DNA of 64,000 nucleotides from Candidatus Latescibacterota bacterium (GTDB lineage: Bacteria > Latescibacterota > CBDEFO01), in the NCBI GenBank assembly GCA_965237525.1, contig CBDEFO010000008.1, positions 1,696,001 through 1,760,000 of the forward strand, in the 5' to 3' direction. Position numbers and translations under genes: made by a program. Within the stretch, counting starts at the first letter, position 1. Every line of letters begins with the position of its first letter. Positions 46,360 through 55,319 of the stretch are shown here, piece after piece. The notes below the pieces were generated by a model. The model was given only the letters and a program-made list of their open reading frames with translations. It was not told the DNA's origin and ran no database searches.

Positions 46360-47307
46360 ATGTGCAGGTTGCTAAGCATTATGTTCGTGACCACATTATA
46401 TGTGGCATTCGGATATGGTCAGGTATACGGTTTTTTAGATGCTGGGACACAGGCCAGGTCTATGGCGATGGGAGGCAGTTTTGTGGCGGTGGCAGACGAT
46501 CAGGATGCGATTTTTTTGAATCCGTCGGGTCTTGATCAGATAGAAGGGAAGGTCGCTTCGTATACGAATGTGAGTTTACTTTTGACGGGAGTGGAGGGTG
46601 ATAATTTGGGTCAGCACATACTGACTTACGTTCATCCTGTTGGTGGTAATGGGGGTACATTGGGTTTTGGGTATCAGCGGGTGGGGAGTGACAGTTTTAA
46701 TGAGAATGGATTTACGGCAAGTTGGGGGAAGGAGTTTGGCAGGGGTATTAGCCTTGGTTTGGGGTTGAGTTATTTGTGGTGGAGTGTGGGGGACATACCT
46801 CCGGATAGAGTAAGTGGTAGGGCAGATCCTTTGTCTGGGGAGAGCAGTGGGAATATAGGTGTAGATGTGGGGGGTTTATGGAGGAGTCCTTGGGATTTTA
46901 GTTTGGGGTTATTTTTGAAGGACATAAATAAGCCGGATATATCCAAGGATGGAGGTAATATAGCTGGGCAATCTGATGCGGGCAAGTTGCCGTTTGACAT
47001 ACATTTTGGTGGTAGTTATCGTCTTGAGAGGGGTTTATTGAGTGTAGATTATGTAGTAATGGATGTAGGTGGGGAGGGGGATACCGATACGAGGTTATTT
47101 TTTGGGGGGGAGGCAGAGTTGGTAGGGGGGTTTAGTCTGCGTGCGGGAGGCAATAGGATATTTGAGGAGGGCAGCAAGGGTGGAGGCAATGTGGGGATAG
47201 GTTATGAGTTTGCCAATGGGTTAGATTTTGATTATAGTTACAATATTCCTTTAGATGCGGTGGAGACTGAAGGCAGTCACCGATTCAGCTTCGGATATAA
47301 ATTCTAG
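46360..47307 (+). CDS. Outer-membrane beta-barrel, PorV/SprF-like
   Basis: ARSMAMGGSFVAVADD..AIFLNPSGL, LRAG, FDYSY, C-terminal HRFSFGYKF. Confidence 0.82.
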   Translation: MCRLLSIMFVTTLYVAFGYGQVYGFLDAGTQARSMAMGGSFVAVADDQDAIFLNPSGLDQIEGKVASYTNVSLLLTGVEGDNLGQHILTYVHPVGGNGGTLGFGYQRVGSDSFNENGFTASWGKEFGRGISLGLGLSYLWWSVGDIPPDRVSGRADPLSGESSGNIGVDVGGLWRSPWDFSLGLFLKDINKPDISKDGGNIAGQSDAGKLPFDIHFGGSYRLERGLLSVDYVVMDVGGEGDTDTRLFFGGEAELVGGFSLRAGGNRIFEEGSKGGGNVGIGYEFANGLDFDYSYNIPLDAVETEGSHRFSFGYKF

Positions 47308-47342
47308 TATCCTATATAATAGGCACGGGATACAGATAGATG

Positions 47343-47375
47343 CCCCCGGGGAATTGGAGTCCTCGGGGTTTTTTT
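47343..47375 (+). terminator. Intrinsic terminator
   Basis: CCCCGGGGA...TCCTCGGGG hairpin followed by T7. Confidence 0.75.
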
Positions 47376-47453
47376 GCTTCCTCTCATTGCTAGTTACAAC
47401 GCCCTTTAAGGTCATTGTAAACTGTGACCGCGTTTAAGGGGGAAATTTCAGCC

Positions 47454-47523
47454 TTGACAGCGGAAGAACATTGTATTATATTTAAGTAAATAATTATTTA
47501 TCCTTTATAATAATTATTATAAA
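47454..47523 (+). promoter_or_regulatory. arg operon promoter with tandem ARG-box-like palindromes
   Basis: TTGACA-N17-TATATT, then TAAATAATTATTTA (47487-47500) and TTTATAATAATTATTATAAA (47504-47523) with centres 20 bp apart, directly before argR. Confidence 0.75.
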
Positions 47524-47544
47524 CGAAAAAGATGGCGAGGCTAC

Positions 47545-48009
47545 ATGGGCAGCAAAGACATCAGACAAAGACAAGTCATTGAACTTGTGCAGAAAGGGGA
47601 GATGAGGACGCAGGGGCAGATCGTGTCTGCGGTAAGGGAATGCGGCTGCAAGGTTAGTCAGTCCACACTTTCCAAAGATATAAAGGAGTTGGGATTAGTC
47701 AAGGTACCTACGGTAGATGGAAAAGTTCGATACAGTCTACCGGAAGAGAGGACTCCTTTCCCCAAACGGCAAAAGATTTTGGAAAGAGAGATGATGGATT
47801 CACTTGTGGATTTCGACAATGCCAAGAATATACTTGTTCTCAAGACCACTCCAGGAAATGCTTCAGGACTTGCGGCCGCCATAGATAAGATGGATTGGCA
47901 TGAAGTTCTGGGCACACTTGCCGGCGACGATGTTATACTGATCATCTCCAAAACTGCGGATCAGACCCAGAAAATAATGGATCGAATACGTGGAAGTATC
48001 CACCGTTAG
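47545..48009 (+). CDS. argR: Arginine repressor
   Basis: TQ..IV, SQSTLSKDIKEL.LVKV, GTLAGDD. Confidence 0.96.
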   Translation: MGSKDIRQRQVIELVQKGEMRTQGQIVSAVRECGCKVSQSTLSKDIKELGLVKVPTVDGKVRYSLPEERTPFPKRQKILEREMMDSLVDFDNAKNILVLKTTPGNASGLAAAIDKMDWHEVLGTLAGDDVILIISKTADQTQKIMDRIRGSIHR

Positions 48010-48017
48010 GGGTAAAA

Positions 48018-49076
48018 ATGATTAAGTTAGGGATTGTCGGGGCGACAGGATATACAGGGGTAGAACTCTTCAAAATAATCTTGAGACACCCTGAAGCAGA
48101 AGTTGCATTTGTAGCATCTTCAGAAGAGACCTCGGGGAACTTGCTGTCGGACGTATATCCGGGCGTAAAGGGATCCAGCGAAATGGAACTGCTGTCTTTA
48201 GAAGATGCCCACAGAGGGGATGTGGACGTAGTTTTTCTATGTCTTCCGGCAGGTAAATCTATGTCTGCTGCTCCGTCGTTCTTGGACTCTGGCGTCAAGG
48301 TAGTGGATATCGGAACTGACTTCAGGATGAGGACGCCCGAAGGACACTTGCGATGGTACGATTTCGACCATACCGCACCCCACCTGCTTTCGAAGACGAT
48401 CTGGGGACTGCCAGAGATAAATCGAGAAGCTATCCGAGGGGCCTCGTTAGTGTCGAACCCCGGCTGTTTTCCGACTGCAGCACTTCTGGCTTTGGCTCCC
48501 CTTCTGGAAAGAGACTTGATCTGTACAGAGGGCATAATCATAGACTCCAAGTCCGGAATCTCCGGTGCAGGCAGGAAGCTCTCCTTAAGGACGCACTTTA
48601 TCGAAGCCAACGAGAACGTAGCTCCCTACAATATCGGGCGCTCTCACAGACACACCGGAGAGATCGAGCAGGAGTTAAGCAAAATAGCAGGAAAAGAATG
48701 CAAAGTTGTCTTCACTCCTCAGACGGTTCCTATGGACAGGGGGATCCTGTCAAATGTCTATGTGAGACTTAAAGAGGATATATCGACCCAGGATGCAACG
48801 CAAATATACAAGGAAAGATATGCGGACGAGCCGTTCATAAGGATTGCAGAGGATTACCTGCCGCAGACCAAGTTCACGTCTTACACCAACTATTGTGATA
48901 TAACTGTCCATAAAGTTGAGGAGACACACGTGCTGCTCATAATCTCCGCTTTGGATAACCTGATAAAGGGAGCGGCTGGACAAGCTGTGCAGAACATGAA
49001 CATAATGTTCGACACAGAAGAAACTTTAGGATTTTTTGAAAGTTCTCCACTTGCAGCATCTGAGGTCCCAGGATAG
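48018..49076 (+). CDS. argC: N-acetyl-gamma-glutamyl-phosphate reductase
   Basis: GATGYTG, NPGCFPT, SGISGAGR, DNLIKGAAGQAVQNMN. Confidence 0.97.
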   Translation: MIKLGIVGATGYTGVELFKIILRHPEAEVAFVASSEETSGNLLSDVYPGVKGSSEMELLSLEDAHRGDVDVVFLCLPAGKSMSAAPSFLDSGVKVVDIGTDFRMRTPEGHLRWYDFDHTAPHLLSKTIWGLPEINREAIRGASLVSNPGCFPTAALLALAPLLERDLICTEGIIIDSKSGISGAGRKLSLRTHFIEANENVAPYNIGRSHRHTGEIEQELSKIAGKECKVVFTPQTVPMDRGILSNVYVRLKEDISTQDATQIYKERYADEPFIRIAEDYLPQTKFTSYTNYCDITVHKVEETHVLLIISALDNLIKGAAGQAVQNMNIMFDTEETLGFFESSPLAASEVPG

Positions 49077-49969
49077 TGATCGAAGGACTGATAAAAAAAG
49101 CAGATGTACTTATTGAAGCACTGCCCTATATCCGGGCGTTCAGAGACAAGATCGTAGTCATCAAATATGGAGGCAGTGTTATAACTTCCGAGGGAGAGGT
49201 GGACAGTGTCCTTGAAGATGTAGTCTTTATGGAGACTGTGGGGATGAAGCCCGTAATCGTACACGGGGGCTCTAAGGCCATAAGCCGCAGGATGGCCCAA
49301 GCTGGCATTGAACCCAGGTTCGTAAACGGTCTGCGAGTGACAGACGAAGCGACAATGCAGATAGCCGAAAGGACGCTCTTTGAGGAGGTAAATAGCCAGA
49401 TCGTAAAGGCAATAGAGGAGATTGGAGGGCGCGCCATGGGCATATCGGCAAAAGCTGAGGGTATACTGAAAGTGAGGAAATATCTTGCGCCCCTTAAGGA
49501 TAGGGATTCGGGAGAAGTCAAAATGGTGGATATCGGCTATGTGGGTTATGTGGAGTCGGTGGAACCTGAACCTATAAAGTCCCTATGCGAGCAAGATGTG
49601 GTCCCGGTGATCGCTCCCATAGGTTTGGGTCCGGATGGAAGGAGTTACAACGTAAATGCTGACACAGCAGCAGGGCAGATTGCGGCTGCTTTGAAGGCTG
49701 AAAAGCTGCTCTTTTTGACAGACGTAATGGGAATTATGAGGGACTCCGACGATGAAGGGTCTCTCCTTTCGACCCTGCATGCAGATGCTGTAGATGAGTT
49801 AATAGAAAAGGGTGTTATAAGCGGTGGAATGCTGCCCAAGATAGAATCGTGCCTAAAAGCGGTAAAATCGGGGACGCGCAAGACCCACATAATTGATGGC
49901 AGAGTGCCTCACTCTCTGCTTTTGGAGATATTTACCGACAGGGGGATAGGGACGCAGATTCTCGGGTAG
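49076..49969 (+). CDS. argB: Acetylglutamate kinase
   Basis: IEALPYI, KYGGS, VHGG, NVNAD, GGMLPK. Confidence 0.97.
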   Translation: MIEGLIKKADVLIEALPYIRAFRDKIVVIKYGGSVITSEGEVDSVLEDVVFMETVGMKPVIVHGGSKAISRRMAQAGIEPRFVNGLRVTDEATMQIAERTLFEEVNSQIVKAIEEIGGRAMGISAKAEGILKVRKYLAPLKDRDSGEVKMVDIGYVGYVESVEPEPIKSLCEQDVVPVIAPIGLGPDGRSYNVNADTAAGQIAAALKAEKLLFLTDVMGIMRDSDDEGSLLSTLHADAVDELIEKGVISGGMLPKIESCLKAVKSGTRKTHIIDGRVPHSLLLEIFTDRGIGTQILG

Positions 49970-50122
49970 GTGACATTGCCAAGCCTCTTTCTCCAACAGG
50001 ATAGTTTAAGATCTCTGTCCTGCTGCCAGCCACGTTATCAACAGACTTTCTAGTACAGCGCCAAACTTGGTGGGTCAGACAATCCTCTCTCAAGCAAACT
50101 CAACTGTAAAAAGGAAAACGAT

Positions 50123-51343
50123 ATGCAGACTCTAAAGGCAGAAGAGATTGTAGAACTGGACAGCAAATACATAGTCCAGACCTACGGACGTCCGCCGTTC
50201 GTGCTGGAACGAGGAAACGGGGTCCATCTCTTTGACACCGACGGAGTTCGCTATTTGGACTTTATGAGCGGACTTTCGGTGAATGCGTTCGGGTACGGGG
50301 ACTTCGATATCACAGAAGTGATAAAAGAGCAGTCGGCCAAGCTGATACACTGTTGTAATCTCTATCACAGCGTGCACGGTCCGATTCTGGCTCGTATGCT
50401 GGTCGATAACTCCTTTGCAGATAGAGTCTTTTACTGCAATAGCGGCACTGAGTCCATAGAGGCGTCTCTCAAGTTCGCAAGGAGATGGGGTCACGAAAAC
50501 TTCGATAAGCCCAAATACCGCATAATGGCCTTCGAGAACTCTTTCCACGGCAGAACCTACGGGGGATTGACTGCTACGGGGCAGTTCAAATATCACAAGG
50601 GTTTCGATCCCCTGTTGCCTGGAATTGACTTTGCCAGGCTCAACGATTTAGCCTCTGTGGAGGAGAAGGTTTCAGATGAGACGTGTGCTATCCTGATCGA
50701 GCCTATCCTTCAAATCGAAGGAGGTTTACACAAATCCTCACAGGAGTTTATAGAGGGCTTGAGAAAAATCTGTGATGATACCGATATGTTGTTGATATTC
50801 GACGAAGTTCAGTCCGGGCTCGCAAGGACGGGGTTGCTCTTCGGATATGAGCACTACGGGGTCGAACCCGATATTATGACCCTGGCCAAGCCCCTGGCAG
50901 GTGGACTGCCTATGGGGGCAACTCTTGTAAGAGAGAAGGTCGCCAAGCATATACATCCTGGAGATCACGCCGCCACCTTCGGAGGAAATCCACTAGTCTC
51001 TGCTGTGGCGATTCGGGTCTTTAGGAAGCTTACCTCTGAGGGCTTTTTAGACTCAGTCAGACAAAAAGGGGAATATATGCACACGAGATTAAATAGGCTC
51101 AAGGACAAGTGGCCCCAAATGATAAAGGAGATAAGGGGAATAGGACTCATCGCCGGAGCCGCGACAGAATGTGAAGCCAAGCTCATAGCAGATGCCTTCC
51201 AGAAGAGAAATATTCTGCTCTGCACAGCTGGCCCAGATGTAGTAAGATTCCTTCCGCCTCTTGTTGTAGAAAAGGAACATATAGGCGAAGCTGTGGATGT
51301 CTTCGATGAGATTCTGACGCAGGGCGTGGAAAAAGAACAGTAG
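50123..51343 (+). CDS. argD: Acetylornithine aminotransferase
   Basis: NSGTES, SFHGRT, FDEVQSG, LAKPLAGG, TFGGNP. Confidence 0.95.
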   Translation: MQTLKAEEIVELDSKYIVQTYGRPPFVLERGNGVHLFDTDGVRYLDFMSGLSVNAFGYGDFDITEVIKEQSAKLIHCCNLYHSVHGPILARMLVDNSFADRVFYCNSGTESIEASLKFARRWGHENFDKPKYRIMAFENSFHGRTYGGLTATGQFKYHKGFDPLLPGIDFARLNDLASVEEKVSDETCAILIEPILQIEGGLHKSSQEFIEGLRKICDDTDMLLIFDEVQSGLARTGLLFGYEHYGVEPDIMTLAKPLAGGLPMGATLVREKVAKHIHPGDHAATFGGNPLVSAVAIRVFRKLTSEGFLDSVRQKGEYMHTRLNRLKDKWPQMIKEIRGIGLIAGAATECEAKLIADAFQKRNILLCTAGPDVVRFLPPLVVEKEHIGEAVDVFDEILTQGVEKEQ

Positions 51344-51465
51344 CGAGCAAACAGTAGACAGGAAGATTGCTTCGGGGTTTCACCCCTCGCAATGACATTG
51401 CTTGACTTTTGTCTTCAGCCATTGCGACCCCCGATTGAATCTATCGGGGGCAGCGAAGCAATCTC
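51338..51465. repeat. Composite dispersed repeat cluster between argD and argG
   Basis: CAGTAG..AAACAGTAGACAGG, hairpin 51364-51396, inverted copy 51418-51465 with a nested 23-bp palindrome. Confidence 0.85.
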
Positions 51466-51514
51466 GCAAACAGGAAGAACTTGCATAGTGGAGAACTTTT
51501 TGAGGGGAAAAAAG

Positions 51515-52810
51515 ATGTCTGAAAAGGTAGTATTGGCCTATTCTGGAGGGCTCGATACGTCTGTATCGGTAAAGTGGTTACAGGATAAATACGATATGGA
51601 CGTGATAACTCTGACGGTTGATATGGGTCAAAAGATAGACCTGAACGCAGCAAGGGATAGGGCGTTAGCCGTGGGCGCGATCAAAGCTGTCATAGCAGAT
51701 GCTAAGAAGATGTTCACAGAGCATTTTGTGTTCCCTGCGCTTCAGGCTGGAGCCATATACGAGGGAGAATATCCGTTAGCGACAGCTCTCGGCAGGCCTC
51801 TAATAGCCAAGCTTCTGGTGGATGTAGCAAAAGAGGAGGGAGCCTCAGCTGTGGCTCACGGCTCCACAGGCAAGGGGAACGACCAAGTGAGATTTGACGT
51901 ATCGGTGAACACGCTCGCACCCGATCTCAGGATCATAGCCCCAGTCAGGGAGTGGAAGATGACCAGGGATCAGGAGATAAAGTACGCCAGGGAACATAAT
52001 ATTGCTGTCCCTGTGACAGGCGAGAGCTCCTACAGCACTGACGAGAATCTCTGGGGGAGGAGCATCGAAGCCGGAGTTTTGGAAGACCCGTGGGTAGAGC
52101 CCCCGAAAGACGTCTATGAGTGGACCAAGGACCCCCGCGAAGCTCCTGATGCTCCTATCTATATCCAGGTCGCATTTGAAAGGGGTATACCTGTCTCCCT
52201 GGACGGAGAGAAGAAGAACGGTGTAGACCTAATATCCAGATTGAACGGATTAGCAGGGGAGCACGGAGTGGGAAGGATAGATCATCTGGAGAACAGACTT
52301 GTGGGGATAAAGTCGAGAGAGATCTACGAGGCTCCTGCCGCTGTGGTTCTCCACAGGGCGCATAGGGCCTTAGAGGATATGACGCTCTCAAAGGACGCCG
52401 CACGCTTCAAAGAATTCGTTTCGAAGGAATATTCAGATTTGGTCTACAACGGTCTGTGGTTCTCCGCCCTGCATCAGGACTTGAGAGCATTTGTGGTGAG
52501 CAATCAAAGATATGTGACTGGGGCTGTCAAGTTAAAGCTCTTCAAGGGGAACGTGCAGGTGGTTGGCAGAGAATCCCCGATGTCGCTCTACAGCAGGTCC
52601 CTTGCGACCTACGATACGGGGGACATTTATGATCATGACGCCGCTGTAGGCTTCATCAAGGTGCATGGTCTTTCCCAGGTCACGCAGGCTCAGATTCAAC
52701 TCTTGAGTCAGTCATCACCTCCCGGGGAACTTCCATCTATCACGCCGCCTGAGATTGAGAAAGAAGGTTTCGACGCCACAGATCAGGAGAACCAGATAGG
52801 TAGAAAGTAG
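51515..52810 (+). CDS. argG: Argininosuccinate synthase
   Basis: LAYSGGLDTS, HGSTGKGNDQVRF, ENRLVGIKSREIYE; ATG 51515. Confidence 0.97.
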   Translation: MSEKVVLAYSGGLDTSVSVKWLQDKYDMDVITLTVDMGQKIDLNAARDRALAVGAIKAVIADAKKMFTEHFVFPALQAGAIYEGEYPLATALGRPLIAKLLVDVAKEEGASAVAHGSTGKGNDQVRFDVSVNTLAPDLRIIAPVREWKMTRDQEIKYAREHNIAVPVTGESSYSTDENLWGRSIEAGVLEDPWVEPPKDVYEWTKDPREAPDAPIYIQVAFERGIPVSLDGEKKNGVDLISRLNGLAGEHGVGRIDHLENRLVGIKSREIYEAPAAVVLHRAHRALEDMTLSKDAARFKEFVSKEYSDLVYNGLWFSALHQDLRAFVVSNQRYVTGAVKLKLFKGNVQVVGRESPMSLYSRSLATYDTGDIYDHDAAVGFIKVHGLSQVTQAQIQLLSQSSPPGELPSITPPEIEKEGFDATDQENQIGRK

Positions 52811-53064
52811 CCCCCGATCCCCAATTGATGCTATTGCGGATCGGGAATCGGGGATTCGATATGGCGTAGACAGGGGCAACGCCTCCCATCCCTTCTTGCC
52901 GTCAACTATTTGATCCCTATAATCTTGTCCAGATTTGAACGAGGAGCTTTGCCTCATCTCTTTCTACGTTGACCTCATAACTTTTTTTGACTTGTGATCC
53001 GGGCCTGCTGATAGATTGTCCGTCTGTGAGCTGCAGTAGCATGAGATTTTTGACCAAGCGCTTG

Positions 53065-53511
53065 TCAGTTATTCAGGAGTCTTTCTTTATCGAATATCAT
53101 CTCCTGTCTGTTCAAGCCTATAGGAGGTCTCTTATTCGTCATCACGATAGCTTCCTCGGGACACGCCTCGATGCAGTATCCGCAGAAGATGCACCTGAGC
53201 ATATCTATTTCAAACTTTGATGGATATTTTTCTCTATCCTCCCAGGGAGCGGGCTCAGCTTCTATAGTTATACAGTGAGCGGGACACGCCGTAGCGCACA
53301 TATAGCACGCCACGCACTTTTCCCTTCCTTGCTTATCCCTTGTAAGTTTATGAATGCCCCTGAAGCGTGGAGGCGGTGTAAGCACCTCCTCGGGATACTG
53401 CAGAGTGAACTTTCTACCCAGAAGATGCCTGAAGGTCAAGGTCAGACCCTTTAGTATCGTGGGAAGATAGAGCCTGTCCCATAGGCTCATCGTGTAGCTC
53501 TTTCTCATCAT
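53065..53511 (-). CDS. nuoI: NADH-quinone oxidoreductase subunit I-like 2x[4Fe-4S] protein
   Basis: TLQYPEE, RFRG.H, CVACYMCATACP, CIFCGYCIEACP. Confidence 0.92.
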   Translation of the reverse strand: MMRKSYTMSLWDRLYLPTILKGLTLTFRHLLGRKFTLQYPEEVLTPPPRFRGIHKLTRDKQGREKCVACYMCATACPAHCITIEAEPAPWEDREKYPSKFEIDMLRCIFCGYCIEACPEEAIVMTNKRPPIGLNRQEMIFDKERLLNN

Positions 53512-55117
53512 CTATCTCCTCGTCTTGATAAGGTGACATGTCGAAAGCATAAGATCTTCCAGTGTACCGCGAAGTCTTGGTCTGCCTTATCACATTTACC
53601 TTTACCTCACCGGAATACGTCATCTCAGAGCGGATCTTCCCTGCGATCTCCGAGGCTAGAGTCCAGGTCTGTTGATCGCCTATTTTCTTCGGGGTAACCA
53701 GGACTCTTATTTCACGACCGGCGTTTATGGCGTAAGCGTCTCGAACGCCGGGGAATGTACGTGCTAACGCCTCTAAATCCTTTATCCTTTTTATGTATTT
53801 TTCGGGATCTTCCATGCGTGCTCCCGGCCTTGCCGCAGAAATAGCGTCTGCTGCAGCGATCAAAAACGCTATGGGAGAGGGTGAATCTACGCCCGCCTCT
53901 TCGTGGTGATACACTATAGCGTCCTGCACCTCTTTTGGCTCACCGTACCTCTTAGCTAGTGAGAGACCTATCTCCACGTGCGTCCCCTCCATCTCGTGAT
54001 CGACAGCCTTGCCTATGTCGTGAAAGAGTCCAGCTCTTCTGGCTATGTTGCCATCTAAACCCAACTCTGAGGCCATGACCCCTGCCAGCAGAGCCGCCTC
54101 TTTGGAGTGTTCAAGGACGCTCTGACCATAACTTGTCCTGAATTTCAACTTCCCCAAGAGGCTCGCTATCTCAGGATGAACGCCTTGAATATTCAATTCC
54201 TCAAGTACTTTTGTACCTTCATCAACGACTATCTTGCTCACATCTTCTAACGCGCTTTTGACCACATCACCAACCCTTTTGGGATTTATCTTCCCTTCGA
54301 CTACCAGCCTCTGCATAGCGATTTTTGCCGCCTCTCGCTTGATCGGATCGAACGAGGACAAAACTATTGCCTCAGGCGTGTCGTTCACGATGACCTTGAC
54401 TCCTGTGGCAGTCTCAAAGGCTCGTATGTTCCTCCCCTCTCTCCCTACGATTCTCCCCTTTATTCTATCGCTCGGCAAAGAGACTACAGATACACTCAAC
54501 TGAGTTGCTTGCTCGGAGGCGCATCGCTCTATAGCCAGCGCTATTATCTTTTTTGCCTCCCTTTCGGCTCTATCGTGGGCCCTTCCCACTATTTCCCTCT
54601 CGACTTCCGCAACCTGGAGTTCCGCTTTGCTTTTCAACTCCTCTAAAAGTGCCCGTTTTGCCTCTTCCACGCTCAACATGGATGTCTTTTCTAACTTAAG
54701 CTCGTACTCAAACATCGCCTTAGCGAGTTGCTCGCCCTTTTCCTCTAAAACTGCTTCCTTGGATTTAATTTCTTTCATCTTCCTTTTGACGGCACTTTCC
54801 CTGTTGCCCAACAGAGTGGATTTCTCATCTAAGGCCCCCTCTTTTTCTATCAGCGCACTTTCGGTGCTGGTCAACTCTAAACTTTTTGCCTCGATATTCT
54901 CTTCAAGTTCGGTTCTTTCTTTGTACCACTCTTTCTTCTCCTCTAAGAACTGAGATCTCCTTTTCCTGTCCATCTCTTCGATCAACTTAGTGGCATTTCT
55001 TTGAGCAGCTCTTTCAGTTTTGTTCAGTGCCTTGGCTTTGGTCTTTGCGCACAGGATCCAACCTGCAAAGAAGAATAGAAGGGCCCCGGCGAAGGCACCT
55101 AAAAGTCCCAGCAACAT
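53414..55117 (-). CDS. rny: Ribonuclease Y
   Basis: N-terminal TM, coiled coil, KH (KGRIVGREGRNIR), HD (FHDIGKA), ADAISAARPGAR. Confidence 0.95.
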   Translation of the reverse strand: MLLGLLGAFAGALLFFFAGWILCAKTKAKALNKTERAAQRNATKLIEEMDRKRRSQFLEEKKEWYKERTELEENIEAKSLELTSTESALIEKEGALDEKSTLLGNRESAVKRKMKEIKSKEAVLEEKGEQLAKAMFEYELKLEKTSMLSVEEAKRALLEELKSKAELQVAEVEREIVGRAHDRAEREAKKIIALAIERCASEQATQLSVSVVSLPSDRIKGRIVGREGRNIRAFETATGVKVIVNDTPEAIVLSSFDPIKREAAKIAMQRLVVEGKINPKRVGDVVKSALEDVSKIVVDEGTKVLEELNIQGVHPEIASLLGKLKFRTSYGQSVLEHSKEAALLAGVMASELGLDGNIARRAGLFHDIGKAVDHEMEGTHVEIGLSLAKRYGEPKEVQDAIVYHHEEAGVDSPSPIAFLIAAADAISAARPGARMEDPEKYIKRIKDLEALARTFPGVRDAYAINAGREIRVLVTPKKIGDQQTWTLASEIAGKIRSEMTYSGEVKVNVIRQTKTSRYTGRSYAFDMSPYQDEEIDDEKELHDEPMGQALSSHDTKGSDLDLQASSG

Positions 55118-55272
55118 AGGAATCTCCCGCGTTTCATATTCTGTACACCAAAAAGTCTATTTTCAAAAAAGTTTCTCCCCAAAAGAGTTCCTTCGATTCT
55201 TTTTCGAGTTCATCTTCCAGTAGTGGGTGTTCCACTTAAATGTCTCTTGGAGATGACAACTGATACCTCTAA

Positions 55273-55319
55273 ACGAAGTACCTTAGTCTACGAAGTACCT
55301 TAGTCTACGAAGTACCTTA
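55273..55319. repeat. 17-bp tandem repeat (~2.8 copies) spanning the ahbAB stop codon
   Basis: ACGAAGTACCTTAGTCT x2 plus 13 nt. Confidence 0.9.

Noticed and set aside
51392..51514. N-terminal extension of ArgG
   Set aside because: It translates repeat DNA; homology and RBS begin at ATG 51515
55118..55272. 6S RNA upstream of rny
   Set aside because: No long irregular hairpin is evident and the zapA context is absent
55273..55319. CRISPR-like repeat
   Set aside because: Contiguous 17-bp units without spacers; no cas genes in the window
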